Shown here piece after piece: positions 36,792-46,209 of a stretch of DNA of 64,000 nt. A program made the position numbers and the translations under genes. The notes under the pieces are model-generated. The model did no database searches, was not told where the DNA came from, and saw only the letters and a list, made by a program, of their open reading frames with translations. The stretch's first letter is position 1; every line of letters starts with the position of its first letter. The stretch is from the NCBI GenBank assembly GCA_002393955.1, contig DGSK01000003.1:18516-82515 (forward strand). The letters are read 5' to 3'. The stretch comes from Lachnospiraceae bacterium UBA4364 (lineage in GTDB: Bacteria > Bacillota > Clostridia > Lachnospirales > Lachnospiraceae).

Positions 36792-38942
36792 ATGGGAAAA
36801 AATACGGATAACAGCAAAGACAATAATAAAGAAAAAAATAAAGTGAAACGTCCTGATTATATGAAGAACATGCACAGATGGCAGCTGGTTCTGCCGCTGG
36901 TTCTGTGTGTGCTCGGCATAATGCTCAATCTTGGCGGAAAGATGACGGCCGCATATATGGGACTTCCTTTCTATCTGGAGTGTGCAGGAACCATACTGGC
37001 ATCTGCCCTGGGCGGATATATCCCCGGCATACTGGCAGCTCTTGTTACCAACCAGATAATCTTTATCACAGATCCGGATTATATATATCTGGCGCCCATA
37101 TCCATAATCATAGCTATCATTACTGCTATGGCTTATTCAAAAGGATACCTGTTGAAATTCAGGTATCTGGTTCTGTACATCTTTCTTATATCCGCTGTTT
37201 CACTGGGAATAGGTGCTATTGCCGAATGGGTACCGGATGGTTCCGGGGATAACTTTTTCTCCTGGTTTACCGGAAAAGCGCTGATGGAATTTGCGGATAA
37301 GATAATATCAGTCTGCTTTGTCCGTCTGATCCTGTTTCTGATACCCAAAAACCTTTGGTCCAGATTTGAGATGACTCTGTGGATGCAGGATCCCGACGCA
37401 GTCAAAAAGGAGGACAGTGATGATAAGTCCGGAGTATTCGGACACAATCTGTCTGTTAAGGCTAAGCTGGTTACCTGCCTGATAGTGATATCCATTACGA
37501 TAGCTACATGCGGCGTCAGCATCTGCCTGATGCTTTTCAGGGATTATTCGGTGCAGCAGCATACATATCTGGCTGAAGGCGTTGCTGCGCTGGCATCAAC
37601 TGTTATAGACGGAGACCGGATAGATGACTACCTGAATAACGGTGAAGATACGGATGGGTATAAAGAAACGCAGAAGCTCCTTGAGAATATCCAGAAGAAT
37701 ACGGCGGACGTTGAATATGTATATGTATATAAGATACAGACTGACGGATGCCACGTGGTATTTGATACGGATCCCGATCTCCGGACGCGCGGCAAAGTGG
37801 GAGCTGTCATTCCCTTTGACGAATCGTTTATGCCGGTGGTTCCGGATCTTCTGAGCGGGAAGCGTATAGATCCGCTGATAACCGATGACACATACGGCTG
37901 GCTTCTGACCGCTTATGAACCGGTATATGATTTAAGCGGAGAGTGCGTATGCTACGCGGCAGCAGACATTACCATGAAAGGGCTGGCGGGGTATGAGAAG
38001 GATTTCTTTTATCGGCAGATATGTATTTTCATCGGATTCTTTGCACTGATCGTCGCTGTTACACTATGGATAGCACATTACTTTCTGCTGCTTCCTCTTA
38101 ATACCATGGCGCGTGTGGCATCGGGATTTGGCTATGATGACGAATTCGCAAGGCGTGAGAATATACAGAAGATCACACAGCTTGATATAGGTACCGGAGA
38201 TGAAGTTGAAAATCTGTACCGTGCCCTTATCAAGACCACAGAAGAAAGCACCAGGTTCTTTGAAGAGAACAAGCAGAATAATGAAAAGATATCAGCTCTG
38301 CAGAATGGCCTTGTGCTTGTGCTTGCCGACATGGTTGAAAACAGGGACGGCTCAACCGGTGATCATGTAAGAAAGACGGCAGCCTATGTGAATATTACTG
38401 CAAAGAAGATGAAGGAACTCGGATACTACAAAGATAAGCTGACGGACCAGTTTATTGATGATATCACGCGTTCGGCTCCACTGCATGATATAGGCAAGAT
38501 CGCTATTCCGGATGCAGTACTAAATGCACCCAGGAAGCTGACGGATAAAGAATTCGAGATCATGAAGACGCACGCTGCAAGAGGCCGCAAGGTTATCGAG
38601 CAGGTTATAGCATCGATCCCGGATGCAGACTATCTGGAGGAAGCCAAGAACGTTGCCGGTTATCACCATGAGAAATGGAATGGCAAAGGCTACCCGGAAG
38701 GACTGGCAGGTGAGGACATCCCTCTTGCAGCCAGGATAATGGCTGTTGCTGATGTGTTTGACGCACTTGTGTCAAAGAGATGTTATAAGGAATCATTTGA
38801 TTACAGCAAGGCCTTTAACATAATAAGAGAAGATGCAGGCAGCCATTTTGATCCGCTGGTCGTGGATGCGTTCCTTAAGGCTGAAGAGGACGTGCTGGAG
38901 ATAGCGGAGCGTTTCAAGGAAAATGATGGAAAGATAGTGTAG
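36792..38942 (+). CDS. Membrane HD-GYP domain protein (c-di-GMP phosphodiesterase family) with an ECF-S-like N-terminal module and an extracytoplasmic sensor domain
   Basis: APLHDIGKIAIP, GYHHEKWNGKGYPEGL and ADVFDALVSKRCYK. N-terminal TM bundle: LGIMLNLGGK...LPFYLECAGTILASALGGYIPG. A second pair of TM segments brackets a ~150-aa external domain. Confidence 0.85.
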   Translation: MGKNTDNSKDNNKEKNKVKRPDYMKNMHRWQLVLPLVLCVLGIMLNLGGKMTAAYMGLPFYLECAGTILASALGGYIPGILAALVTNQIIFITDPDYIYLAPISIIIAIITAMAYSKGYLLKFRYLVLYIFLISAVSLGIGAIAEWVPDGSGDNFFSWFTGKALMEFADKIISVCFVRLILFLIPKNLWSRFEMTLWMQDPDAVKKEDSDDKSGVFGHNLSVKAKLVTCLIVISITIATCGVSICLMLFRDYSVQQHTYLAEGVAALASTVIDGDRIDDYLNNGEDTDGYKETQKLLENIQKNTADVEYVYVYKIQTDGCHVVFDTDPDLRTRGKVGAVIPFDESFMPVVPDLLSGKRIDPLITDDTYGWLLTAYEPVYDLSGECVCYAAADITMKGLAGYEKDFFYRQICIFIGFFALIVAVTLWIAHYFLLLPLNTMARVASGFGYDDEFARRENIQKITQLDIGTGDEVENLYRALIKTTEESTRFFEENKQNNEKISALQNGLVLVLADMVENRDGSTGDHVRKTAAYVNITAKKMKELGYYKDKLTDQFIDDITRSAPLHDIGKIAIPDAVLNAPRKLTDKEFEIMKTHAARGRKVIEQVIASIPDADYLEEAKNVAGYHHEKWNGKGYPEGLAGEDIPLAARIMAVADVFDALVSKRCYKESFDYSKAFNIIREDAGSHFDPLVVDAFLKAEEDVLEIAERFKENDGKIV

Positions 38943-38949
38943 TGTACAG

Positions 38950-38983
38950 GCGGCTTACCCGAACAGGTAAGCTGCTTTTTTTT
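38950..38983 (+). terminator. Rho-independent terminator
   Basis: GCGGCTTACC-cgaaca-GGTAAGCTGC followed by T8. Confidence 0.8.
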
Positions 38984-39176
38984 AAGTTGTAGTTTATTTG
39001 CAATTATGAACAATGTGTGATTTTTATGTAAATCATATTGAAAACAAATATCAGGTGTTTATAATAGGAAAATGTGATATTTCGGCTTAAGTGCCTGGGC
39101 TTACGCAGGTACAGCCTGCAAATGAGAGCTTGCAGATGAGACGGAAATAAAGATGTATTTATGAGAGAGGGAGAGT

Positions 39177-40688
39177 ATGAAAAAGAAAAAGAAATTTAAG
39201 ATCAGATGGATCGTGATCCCGGTGATACTTATAGTGATCATTGTGCTGGTAGTGGCGGGGCTTGCAGGTGCCTCCCAGGGTATGATGGCTACGGAGACTG
39301 TCACCAACAGGGATATTGTGACATATCACAGTTTTACCGGTGTGGTAAAGCCTGTTGATGAAGAAGAGCTGATGCCTGCTGCTGCGGATATGAAGATCTT
39401 AAGCATTGAAGTGGAAGAAGGCGATATGGTAAAGGCGGGCGACGTTATCATGTACCTGGACCGTAAGTCCATAGAGGATCAGATAGCGGAGCTTGAGACT
39501 TCCATGTCGGTGAATGCAGCCAACTCGGCTCTTACCGTACAGCAGGCAAGGACGAATTATACAAATTACAAAAAGGATCTTGAGGAAGGGCTTAACTCAC
39601 AGATAATTGCTGCAGAACAGACTATGAAAAGTGCGGAGACAGCGATGAACAGTGCCGTGCGTAAATATGAAGATACTGTCAGCATGAATTCTGCGGGGAT
39701 AAACCAGGCGCTTCTCAGTGCAAAATCAAATGTGGACAGTGCCTACATAAATGTCCGTAATGCCCAGGAAGCTCTTTATCTGGCAGATTACAACAAGCGC
39801 CATAGCAATACTAAGCTTACACAGACCGAATATGAAAATGCGGAGCGTAGTCTTGAAAAGGCGTGGATAAACTATAATGACGCTGTTGCAGCTTCAAAGG
39901 CAGCTTCCATCACCGAGGAAACCAATCTGGAAAACCTTTACGATCAGATGGTATCTGCCCAGAGTTCGTACCTGTCAGCTGTGGATTCATATAATGCGAC
40001 GGTAAGGGCCACGGAAGAACAGCTTGAAAACTACAGACTTCAGTACCAGGTGGCGCTTGCAGGATCCGATACTTCAGTAAATGATCTCAAGCTTGCAAAG
40101 CTTTATGAAAAGCTTGATGACTGCACCATAAGGGCTTCCATAGACGGAGAAGTGACAAGCATACCCGTAGAGGAAGGCTCATTAACAGTAGCCAGCAAGT
40201 CGGTTGCTACAGTTACCAATTTTTCAAAATTAAAGATAGACATCAAGATCAACGAGTATGACATCAAGGGTGCATCTGTAGGCGAAGATGTCACTGTTAT
40301 ATTAAATGCCGTAGGAACAGAGTATGACGGAAAGATCACAAAGATCAGCCGTAATGCGAAATCTGAAAATGGTGTTTCATATTTTGAATCCGAAGTAGAG
40401 TTTGCCGGAGATGAGGATGTGCGGAGCGGAATGAGTGTGGAAGTACATCTTATCACTAATGAGCTTCATGATGTACCCACGCTTCCTACTGATCTGATAC
40501 AGCTTCGTGATGACGGTACAGCATATGTTACGGTATATACAGAGGACCATAAGACTACCGAGGAGCGTGACATTGAGTGTGGCGCAACAGACGGAACATA
40601 CACGGAGATCACATCCGGACTTAAGACAGGGGATGAGATCGTGTATATGCCGATACTGACAGGTGGTGATATGGAAGTGATGTATTAA
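39177..40688 (+). CDS. HlyD/MacA-type periplasmic adaptor (membrane fusion protein)
   Basis: It has an N-terminal TM anchor, a lipoyl-like segment (GDMVKAGDVIMYLD), a long coiled coil and a beta-barrel C-terminus. MacB-like genes follow. Confidence 0.75.
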   Translation: MKKKKKFKIRWIVIPVILIVIIVLVVAGLAGASQGMMATETVTNRDIVTYHSFTGVVKPVDEEELMPAAADMKILSIEVEEGDMVKAGDVIMYLDRKSIEDQIAELETSMSVNAANSALTVQQARTNYTNYKKDLEEGLNSQIIAAEQTMKSAETAMNSAVRKYEDTVSMNSAGINQALLSAKSNVDSAYINVRNAQEALYLADYNKRHSNTKLTQTEYENAERSLEKAWINYNDAVAASKAASITEETNLENLYDQMVSAQSSYLSAVDSYNATVRATEEQLENYRLQYQVALAGSDTSVNDLKLAKLYEKLDDCTIRASIDGEVTSIPVEEGSLTVASKSVATVTNFSKLKIDIKINEYDIKGASVGEDVTVILNAVGTEYDGKITKISRNAKSENGVSYFESEVEFAGDEDVRSGMSVEVHLITNELHDVPTLPTDLIQLRDDGTAYVTVYTEDHKTTEERDIECGATDGTYTEITSGLKTGDEIVYMPILTGGDMEVMY

Positions 40689-40734
40689 AGAAGCAGCGGG
40701 ATCCCGCTGTGTGCGTGAGGGTGCAGGGATAGAT

Positions 40735-41937
40735 ATGATCGGAATTTCAGTAATACGGCAGAGCATAAAAATGGCTCTGCAGAATATAAAAGCGAATAAG
40801 ATGAGATCCTTTCTGACTATGCTGGGTATTGTCATCGGTGTTGCGGCGGTTATCGCCCTGATGACCATAGTACAGATGGTTTCTGAAAACGTTATGGGAC
40901 AGATGTCAGGACTGGGGGCAGGCACGCTTACCATTGCGACTGCGCCGTCTCCCATGAAGGAAGGCCTGTCGGAAAAAGATATAAAGATCCTGGATGAGAT
41001 AGACGGAGTAGATGGGATATCGCCAACGCTTTCATTCACCTCAACTTCTGTTTATGACGGTGAGGTCTATGACAAAACGGACATCCAGGGCAAGACAGAT
41101 CTTTATTTCAAACATAATGCGGATATCATGGGCGGCGGCAGGAGCCTGAATGCGATGGACATGTCGGGCGAGGTATATGTGTGCATTGTGGATCCACAGT
41201 ATGTAAAAAAAGTCCTGCTGGGAAAAAAGGTGATAGGAAATAAGATCCTCATAGGCGGATCGGAATATACCATAGTGGGAGTGCGAAAAACCGACGAGAG
41301 TATTTCAAGCTATATGTCGGATACCAGTGCCCATGACGGTACAGTCATTATCCCATATAAGAACGCTCAGTCAATGTCCGGAAAAGGTTTTGTTGATAGC
41401 GCTGAAGTATATATAGAAGAAGGGCACAACGCTGCTGACGTGGAGAAAGCCCTGAGGCAGGGCCTGAAAAACATATACAACGGTAACGAGGATTTCTTCT
41501 ATATCATCAATATGGAATCTCTTATGGTAATGATGGAGTCTGTTCAGGGAATGATGGGAACGCTGCTTGGGGGTATCGCTTCGATCTCACTGGTGGTTGG
41601 CGGCATAGGCATAATGAATATGATGCTTACCACGGTAACGGAGAGGACTAAGGAGATCGGCCTGCGTAAAGCCCTTGGTGCGGAGCCTTACAGGATACAG
41701 GCACAGTTCCTTATTGAATCTGTGGTTCTCTCAGTGTGTGGCGGCATAATAGGTATCATTCTCGGACTGTTGATAGCTCTGGTGGCAGCAAAGCTTTTAA
41801 AGACGGATTTTTCACTTTCAATGACTGCCATACTTTTAGGCTTCGGATTTTCCGGAGGCGTGGGTATTGTATTCGGATGGATGCCGGCAAAGCGCGCCAG
41901 CGAGCTGAATCCTATTGATGCGCTCAGGGCAGACTGA
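40735..41937 (+). CDS. ABC transporter permease, MacB/FtsX family
   Basis: QNIKANKMRSFLTMLGIVIGVAAV at the N-terminus, a large periplasmic domain, and C-terminal FtsX TM helices with RTKEIGLRKALGA. Confidence 0.8.
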   Translation: MIGISVIRQSIKMALQNIKANKMRSFLTMLGIVIGVAAVIALMTIVQMVSENVMGQMSGLGAGTLTIATAPSPMKEGLSEKDIKILDEIDGVDGISPTLSFTSTSVYDGEVYDKTDIQGKTDLYFKHNADIMGGGRSLNAMDMSGEVYVCIVDPQYVKKVLLGKKVIGNKILIGGSEYTIVGVRKTDESISSYMSDTSAHDGTVIIPYKNAQSMSGKGFVDSAEVYIEEGHNAADVEKALRQGLKNIYNGNEDFFYIINMESLMVMMESVQGMMGTLLGGIASISLVVGGIGIMNMMLTTVTERTKEIGLRKALGAEPYRIQAQFLIESVVLSVCGGIIGIILGLLIALVAAKLLKTDFSLSMTAILLGFGFSGGVGIVFGWMPAKRASELNPIDALRAD

Positions 41938-41969
41938 TGGCGGTTTGCTAAGACAGAGATTAATAGAAA

Positions 41970-42686
41970 ATGACGGAAAAAGGAAATATGGAAAACGGAG
42001 AAGTAATACTCAGCATGAAAAATATAGTCAAGGAATATGAGATGGGTGAGGAAATCTTTCGCACTCTGGATGACGTATCCCTTGAGGTGAGAAAGGGAGA
42101 GTTCTTAGCGGTTCTCGGTCCATCGGGATCCGGCAAGTCTACGCTTATGAATATAATAGGCTGCCTTGATTCACCTACATCAGGTGAATATATCCTGAAC
42201 GGTGAACCGGTGGCTGACCTGGACGAAAGGCAGCTGGCCCATATCAGGAATAAAGAAATAGGCTTTATATTTCAGTCATTCCACCTCCTGCAGAGGCAGA
42301 CGGCGCAGGAAAATGTTGAGCTTGCCCTTATATATGCCAATCAGGACGGCAAGAAAATGCATAAGCGTTCTGAAGAGCTGCTCACCAAGGTAGGGCTTGA
42401 GGACAAGATAAAGAGTCTTCCGAATCAGTTGTCCGGAGGCCAGCAGCAGAGAGTGGCCATAGCCCGTGCTATTGCCAATAATCCCACCATACTCCTTGCG
42501 GATGAGCCTACCGGTGCGCTGGATCAGAAGACCGGCGCCCAGGTCATGCAGCTTTTCCATGAGCTGAATGATGAAGGCCGTACCATAATAATGATCACCC
42601 ACGACTCAAAGATCGCGTCTCATGCCGGGAGGATAGTGAAGATCCTGGACGGCCGCATCAGTGAGGGCGAGCTTGAGGATGCTTAA
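41970..42686 (+). CDS. ABC transporter ATP-binding protein (MacB-type ATPase)
   Basis: Walker [10 protein letters not shown], signature [14 protein letters not shown], and Walker [13 protein letters not shown]. The start could instead be ATG 41988. Confidence 0.9.
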   Translation: MTEKGNMENGEVILSMKNIVKEYEMGEEIFRTLDDVSLEVRKGEFLAVLGPSGSGKSTLMNIIGCLDSPTSGEYILNGEPVADLDERQLAHIRNKEIGFIFQSFHLLQRQTAQENVELALIYANQDGKKMHKRSEELLTKVGLEDKIKSLPNQLSGGQQQRVAIARAIANNPTILLADEPTGALDQKTGAQVMQLFHELNDEGRTIIMITHDSKIASHAGRIVKILDGRISEGELEDA

Positions 42687-42702
42687 CCTTTGAGGACATA
42701 TT

Positions 42703-42732
42703 ACCCGTTACAGATATTGTGACGGGTTTTTT
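42703..42732 (+). terminator. Rho-independent terminator
   Basis: ACCCGTTACA-gatat-TGTGACGGGT followed by T6. Confidence 0.75.
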
Positions 42733-42852
42733 GTTGACATATCAATGTGACGGATAATGGTTCATAAAAACACTTGACATAGTATTCAAAACTACATATG
42801 ATTTAGTCGGTTGGAAATAACTATAGAAATAAATCATATGAGGTGCAAAACT

Positions 42853-43773
42853 ATGAGCCGCTATTCTTATGAGATATTCACTGATTCTGCAAGCAATCTT
42901 ACGGATGACCTGATAAAGAACGGAAACATCCGGATGATAAGCTATATCAGCACAATAGACGGTAAAAAGTTCCTGTGCTATAAGGAAGGGCGCAATTATG
43001 AGGAAGCAGGACGCAGGTTTTACAATGCTATGCGTCGCGGAGCTGACGTGCGCACTTCCCTTATAGATATGGATACATTGAGGAATGCCTTTGAGCCTGT
43101 GGTTAAGGATGGCAGGGATATCATTTTTGTAGGAATTTCCGGCGGGTTGTCAGGTACGGTGCAGGCTGCTCGCATTGTGGCCGATGACCTTATGGAGGAG
43201 TATGCAGGCCGCACCATCCGCTGCATAGATTCAATGTCGGCATCATTGGGAGAGGGAATGCTTGTAATGCAGCTTTCGAGGCTTCGGGAATCCGGAGCAA
43301 GCCTTGATGAAGCAGCTGATTACTATGAAAGCCACAAGATGAAGATGAACCATATTTTCACCGTTGGTGACCTGGCTTATCTTAAAAAAGGCGGCCGTAT
43401 TTCACCGGCTGAAGCCCTGATCGGCAACCTGATAGGAATAAAGCCCATACTTAAGGCAAATGATGACGGTAAGATAGTGGTGCATGGAAAGGTGCGTATG
43501 CGCAAGAAAGCACTGGACTATCTGGTGGATATGACCTGCGAACGGATCGTGCGTCCGGAGGCACAGATCATTTCCATCTGTCACTGCGATGCGCCCTCGG
43601 ATGCGGCATATGTGGCAGACAGACTCCGCACAGCCCTTCCCGTAAAGGATATAATTGTCAGATACTACGACCTGTGCACCGGCTCCCATGTGGGTCCCGG
43701 TACCGTCGCCGTATTCTTCATGGGGGAGAACCGCATGGAGAGCATGAAGGCGGCCGGAACAACCGTGGCGTGA
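42853..43773 (+). CDS. DegV-family fatty-acid-binding protein
   Basis: YEIFTDSASNL start, ...GISGGLSGT... and typical DegV length. The start was moved to ATG 42853. Confidence 0.8.
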   Translation: MSRYSYEIFTDSASNLTDDLIKNGNIRMISYISTIDGKKFLCYKEGRNYEEAGRRFYNAMRRGADVRTSLIDMDTLRNAFEPVVKDGRDIIFVGISGGLSGTVQAARIVADDLMEEYAGRTIRCIDSMSASLGEGMLVMQLSRLRESGASLDEAADYYESHKMKMNHIFTVGDLAYLKKGGRISPAEALIGNLIGIKPILKANDDGKIVVHGKVRMRKKALDYLVDMTCERIVRPEAQIISICHCDAPSDAAYVADRLRTALPVKDIIVRYYDLCTGSHVGPGTVAVFFMGENRMESMKAAGTTVA

Positions 43774-43849
43774 GATAATAAAATTTCCGCCGGCTAAATT
43801 TGTTATAATAAGTCTGTTGCGTTGTATGTAAAGTACGGGAGGATAAAGC

Positions 43850-44329
43850 GTGACTTTCAGACAGATCGTACCCGGTGACAATACTGCTCTTGCGGAGCTT
43901 ATAAGGCATAATCTCAGGACATACAGACTTGATATCCCGGGAACTGTGTATTTTGATGAAAATCTGTATCATCTGAGTGATTTCTACCTCGCAGAGCCCA
44001 AAAAGCGGACATATATTATACTGGCTGATGATGAAGACAAAGTGATCGGAGGTGTAGGCATAGCTGAGTTTGACGGTTTTTCCGGCTGTGCGGAGCTTCA
44101 GAAGCTGTATCTTGATGACAGCTGTAAGGGACGGAGACTCGGCTACGAACTGATGAAGCATGCGGAGGAAGCGGCAGCAGAGCGCGGATATAAGAGAGTT
44201 TATCTTGAAACGCATGATAATCTGGACATAGCGATACACCTGTATGAAAAGTGCGGCTACAAAGAAATAGAGCGTCCGGCATCTGTAGTCCACAGTACCA
44301 TGAACAGATTTTTTCTGAAGGAATTCTGA
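43850..44329 (+). CDS. GNAT-family N-acetyltransferase
   Basis: LQKLYLDDSCKGRRLGYELMKHAEEAAAERGY matches motif A (R-x-x-G-x-G/A-like). It is 159 aa, with a GTG start. Confidence 0.75.
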   Translation: MTFRQIVPGDNTALAELIRHNLRTYRLDIPGTVYFDENLYHLSDFYLAEPKKRTYIILADDEDKVIGGVGIAEFDGFSGCAELQKLYLDDSCKGRRLGYELMKHAEEAAAERGYKRVYLETHDNLDIAIHLYEKCGYKEIERPASVVHSTMNRFFLKEF

Positions 44330-44491
44330 AGGAATTGTAACTCGAATTGTAACTCTCATAACAGTTTTCTGTGGCAGTTCTGCTTAAACCAAAATCAAAA
44401 TTAGTTTACATAAAAGGTGTTCATATAATACAAATAGTGGTATCATATAACAGGTTATCAAAAAACTACTTTTGGCGAGTTGATCATTTTT

Positions 44492-45124
44492 ATGTTTTCA
44501 TATATGAGTGGCGGCTGTGAAAAAAAGCATGCCGGAAAAAAAATCATATACAGGGCAGCAGTGCTGCTGTCTGCGCTGGTACTTTCGGCAGGTGCCATGG
44601 CATGTGAGCGAAACGGGGCAGGTGTTTCCGACAATTCTGCTGTTTCAGGGAATGCGGTATCAGAGAATGTCACATTGAATCTTCCTGCACCGGTGCAGTA
44701 TTCGGAGCTGTATTTTACAGTGCCGGAAGGTTTTACCGAGTCATCGGGCAATACCGAAGAAAGCAGGGTTTACAAAGCTCCCATGTCTGCCGATGACTCC
44801 TACATAGCCTATACGGCAGGAGAAAAAGATCCCGGTGATGATTATGACATCATGACAAAAGAGGACATGCAGGCCGAGCTCAATCAGGATGTGGATAAAA
44901 ATGCTGCAGTTACTGATTTTGCAAATGAGGATCTTGGAGACGGAGTAAGACGGATAAAGACCCATGTGGTATACCGTAAGGATGAAAAAGACTATAACAT
45001 GGTCATGTACATTTACGTTACGGACAAAAAAGTATTTACACTGATCTACGTGGCCGAACTGGGATCCAAGTGGGCGGCTGATTATGAACAGAGCCAGAAA
45101 GAGATCCAGCTTGTTGCTGAGTAG
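44492..45124 (+). CDS. Probable secreted protein or lipoprotein, function unknown
   Basis: The signal-like segment is KKIIYRAAVLLSALVLSAGAMAC with Cys after the hydrophobic core. The start is uncertain (44480, 44492 or 44504). Confidence 0.5.
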   Translation: MFSYMSGGCEKKHAGKKIIYRAAVLLSALVLSAGAMACERNGAGVSDNSAVSGNAVSENVTLNLPAPVQYSELYFTVPEGFTESSGNTEESRVYKAPMSADDSYIAYTAGEKDPGDDYDIMTKEDMQAELNQDVDKNAAVTDFANEDLGDGVRRIKTHVVYRKDEKDYNMVMYIYVTDKKVFTLIYVAELGSKWAADYEQSQKEIQLVAE

Positions 45125-45141
45125 CTGTTTTTTGAGACTGC

Positions 45142-45214
45142 GGGAGCGCGTGGCGCGAAACAATCCGTGCGAATCCCGAAAGCTGTTTAAAGCTTCTTTG
45201 AATGAGTTGATCAC
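45142..45214 (+). repeat. Dispersed structured intergenic repeat, copy A (core plus tail)
   Basis: The core GGGAGCGCGTGGCGCGAAACAATCCGTGCGAATC matches 49423-49456 at 28 of 34 positions. The tail CTTTGAATGAGTTGATCAC resembles 49467-49486. Confidence 0.65.
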
Positions 45215-45242
45215 AGAATAAAGAACGTGGAGGATAGAAAAT

Positions 45243-46169
45243 ATGGGTGATAAACCGACTTTAGTGATTCTTGCCGCCGGGCTTGGCAGCCGTTACGGAG
45301 GTCTTAAGCAGATCGATCCCGTAGATGCGGAAGGACACAAGATAATTGATTTTTCCATTTTTGACGCCCTTCGTGCCGGTTTCGGCAAGGTTGTATTCAT
45401 AATAAAAGAGGAAAATGAGGCAGATTTCCGTTCATGCATAGGCGATCAGGTAAGCCGCAAGATGCCGGTGGAATACGTCTATCAGAAGATGGATGCCATT
45501 CCCGAAGGAACTGTTATTCCCGAAGGCAGGGTAAAGCCCTGGGGAACGGCTCATGCTATCTACTGCTGCAGGGATGTGGTAAAGGAGCCTTTCGCAGTCA
45601 TCAATTCCGATGACTACTATGGCGTGAGCGCATATAAGACACTGGCCGGTTTCCTTAACAACCCTGTTTCAAAGAAAGACGGACAGGCAGCGTACTGCAT
45701 GGTGGGCTATCTTCTCGGCAATACCCTTACGGATAACGGATATGTGTCCAGAGGGTGCTGCAGGAGTGATGAAGAGGGCTTCCTCTCAAAGATTGATGAG
45801 CTTACCCATATTGAAAAGGGGGGCGACGGAGCAGTCTATACCCTGGCAGACGGTACTACCGGCAGCCTGGGACTTGATACACTTGTATCGATGAATATGT
45901 GGGGCTTTGAACCGTCAATATTCCCGAAGCTTGGAAAGGCATTGGATGAGTTCTTTAAGACCGGTATCGAAGCCGATCCCCTTAAGTCAGAGTGCTTCCT
46001 GCCTATAGAAGTGGGCAAAATGGTAAATGAGGGTGATGTTTCCGTAAAGGTGCTTTCATCTGAGGATAAGTGGTTCGGTGTTACCTATAAGGAAGACAAG
46101 CCCGGCGTAATGGCATCCATTGCAGACCTCAAGGCAAAGGGGGTATATCCGGATAAACTCTGGGAATAA
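45243..46169 (+). CDS. Sugar-phosphate nucleotidyltransferase family protein
   Basis: LAAGLGSRYGGLKQ matches the G-x-G-T/S-R-x loop of the NTP-transferase fold. Confidence 0.65.
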   Translation: MGDKPTLVILAAGLGSRYGGLKQIDPVDAEGHKIIDFSIFDALRAGFGKVVFIIKEENEADFRSCIGDQVSRKMPVEYVYQKMDAIPEGTVIPEGRVKPWGTAHAIYCCRDVVKEPFAVINSDDYYGVSAYKTLAGFLNNPVSKKDGQAAYCMVGYLLGNTLTDNGYVSRGCCRSDEEGFLSKIDELTHIEKGGDGAVYTLADGTTGSLGLDTLVSMNMWGFEPSIFPKLGKALDEFFKTGIEADPLKSECFLPIEVGKMVNEGDVSVKVLSSEDKWFGVTYKEDKPGVMASIADLKAKGVYPDKLWE

Positions 46170-46209
46170 AAGGGAATAAATTAAAAGCGGCGGCGGAAAA
46201 GAGAAAGAT

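Noticed and set aside
36878-37252. 124-aa alternative-frame + strand ORF inside the HD-GYP gene
   Set aside because: It is embedded out of frame in a gene with clear TM and HD-GYP motifs, and its product is Arg/Gly/Cys-rich nonsense.
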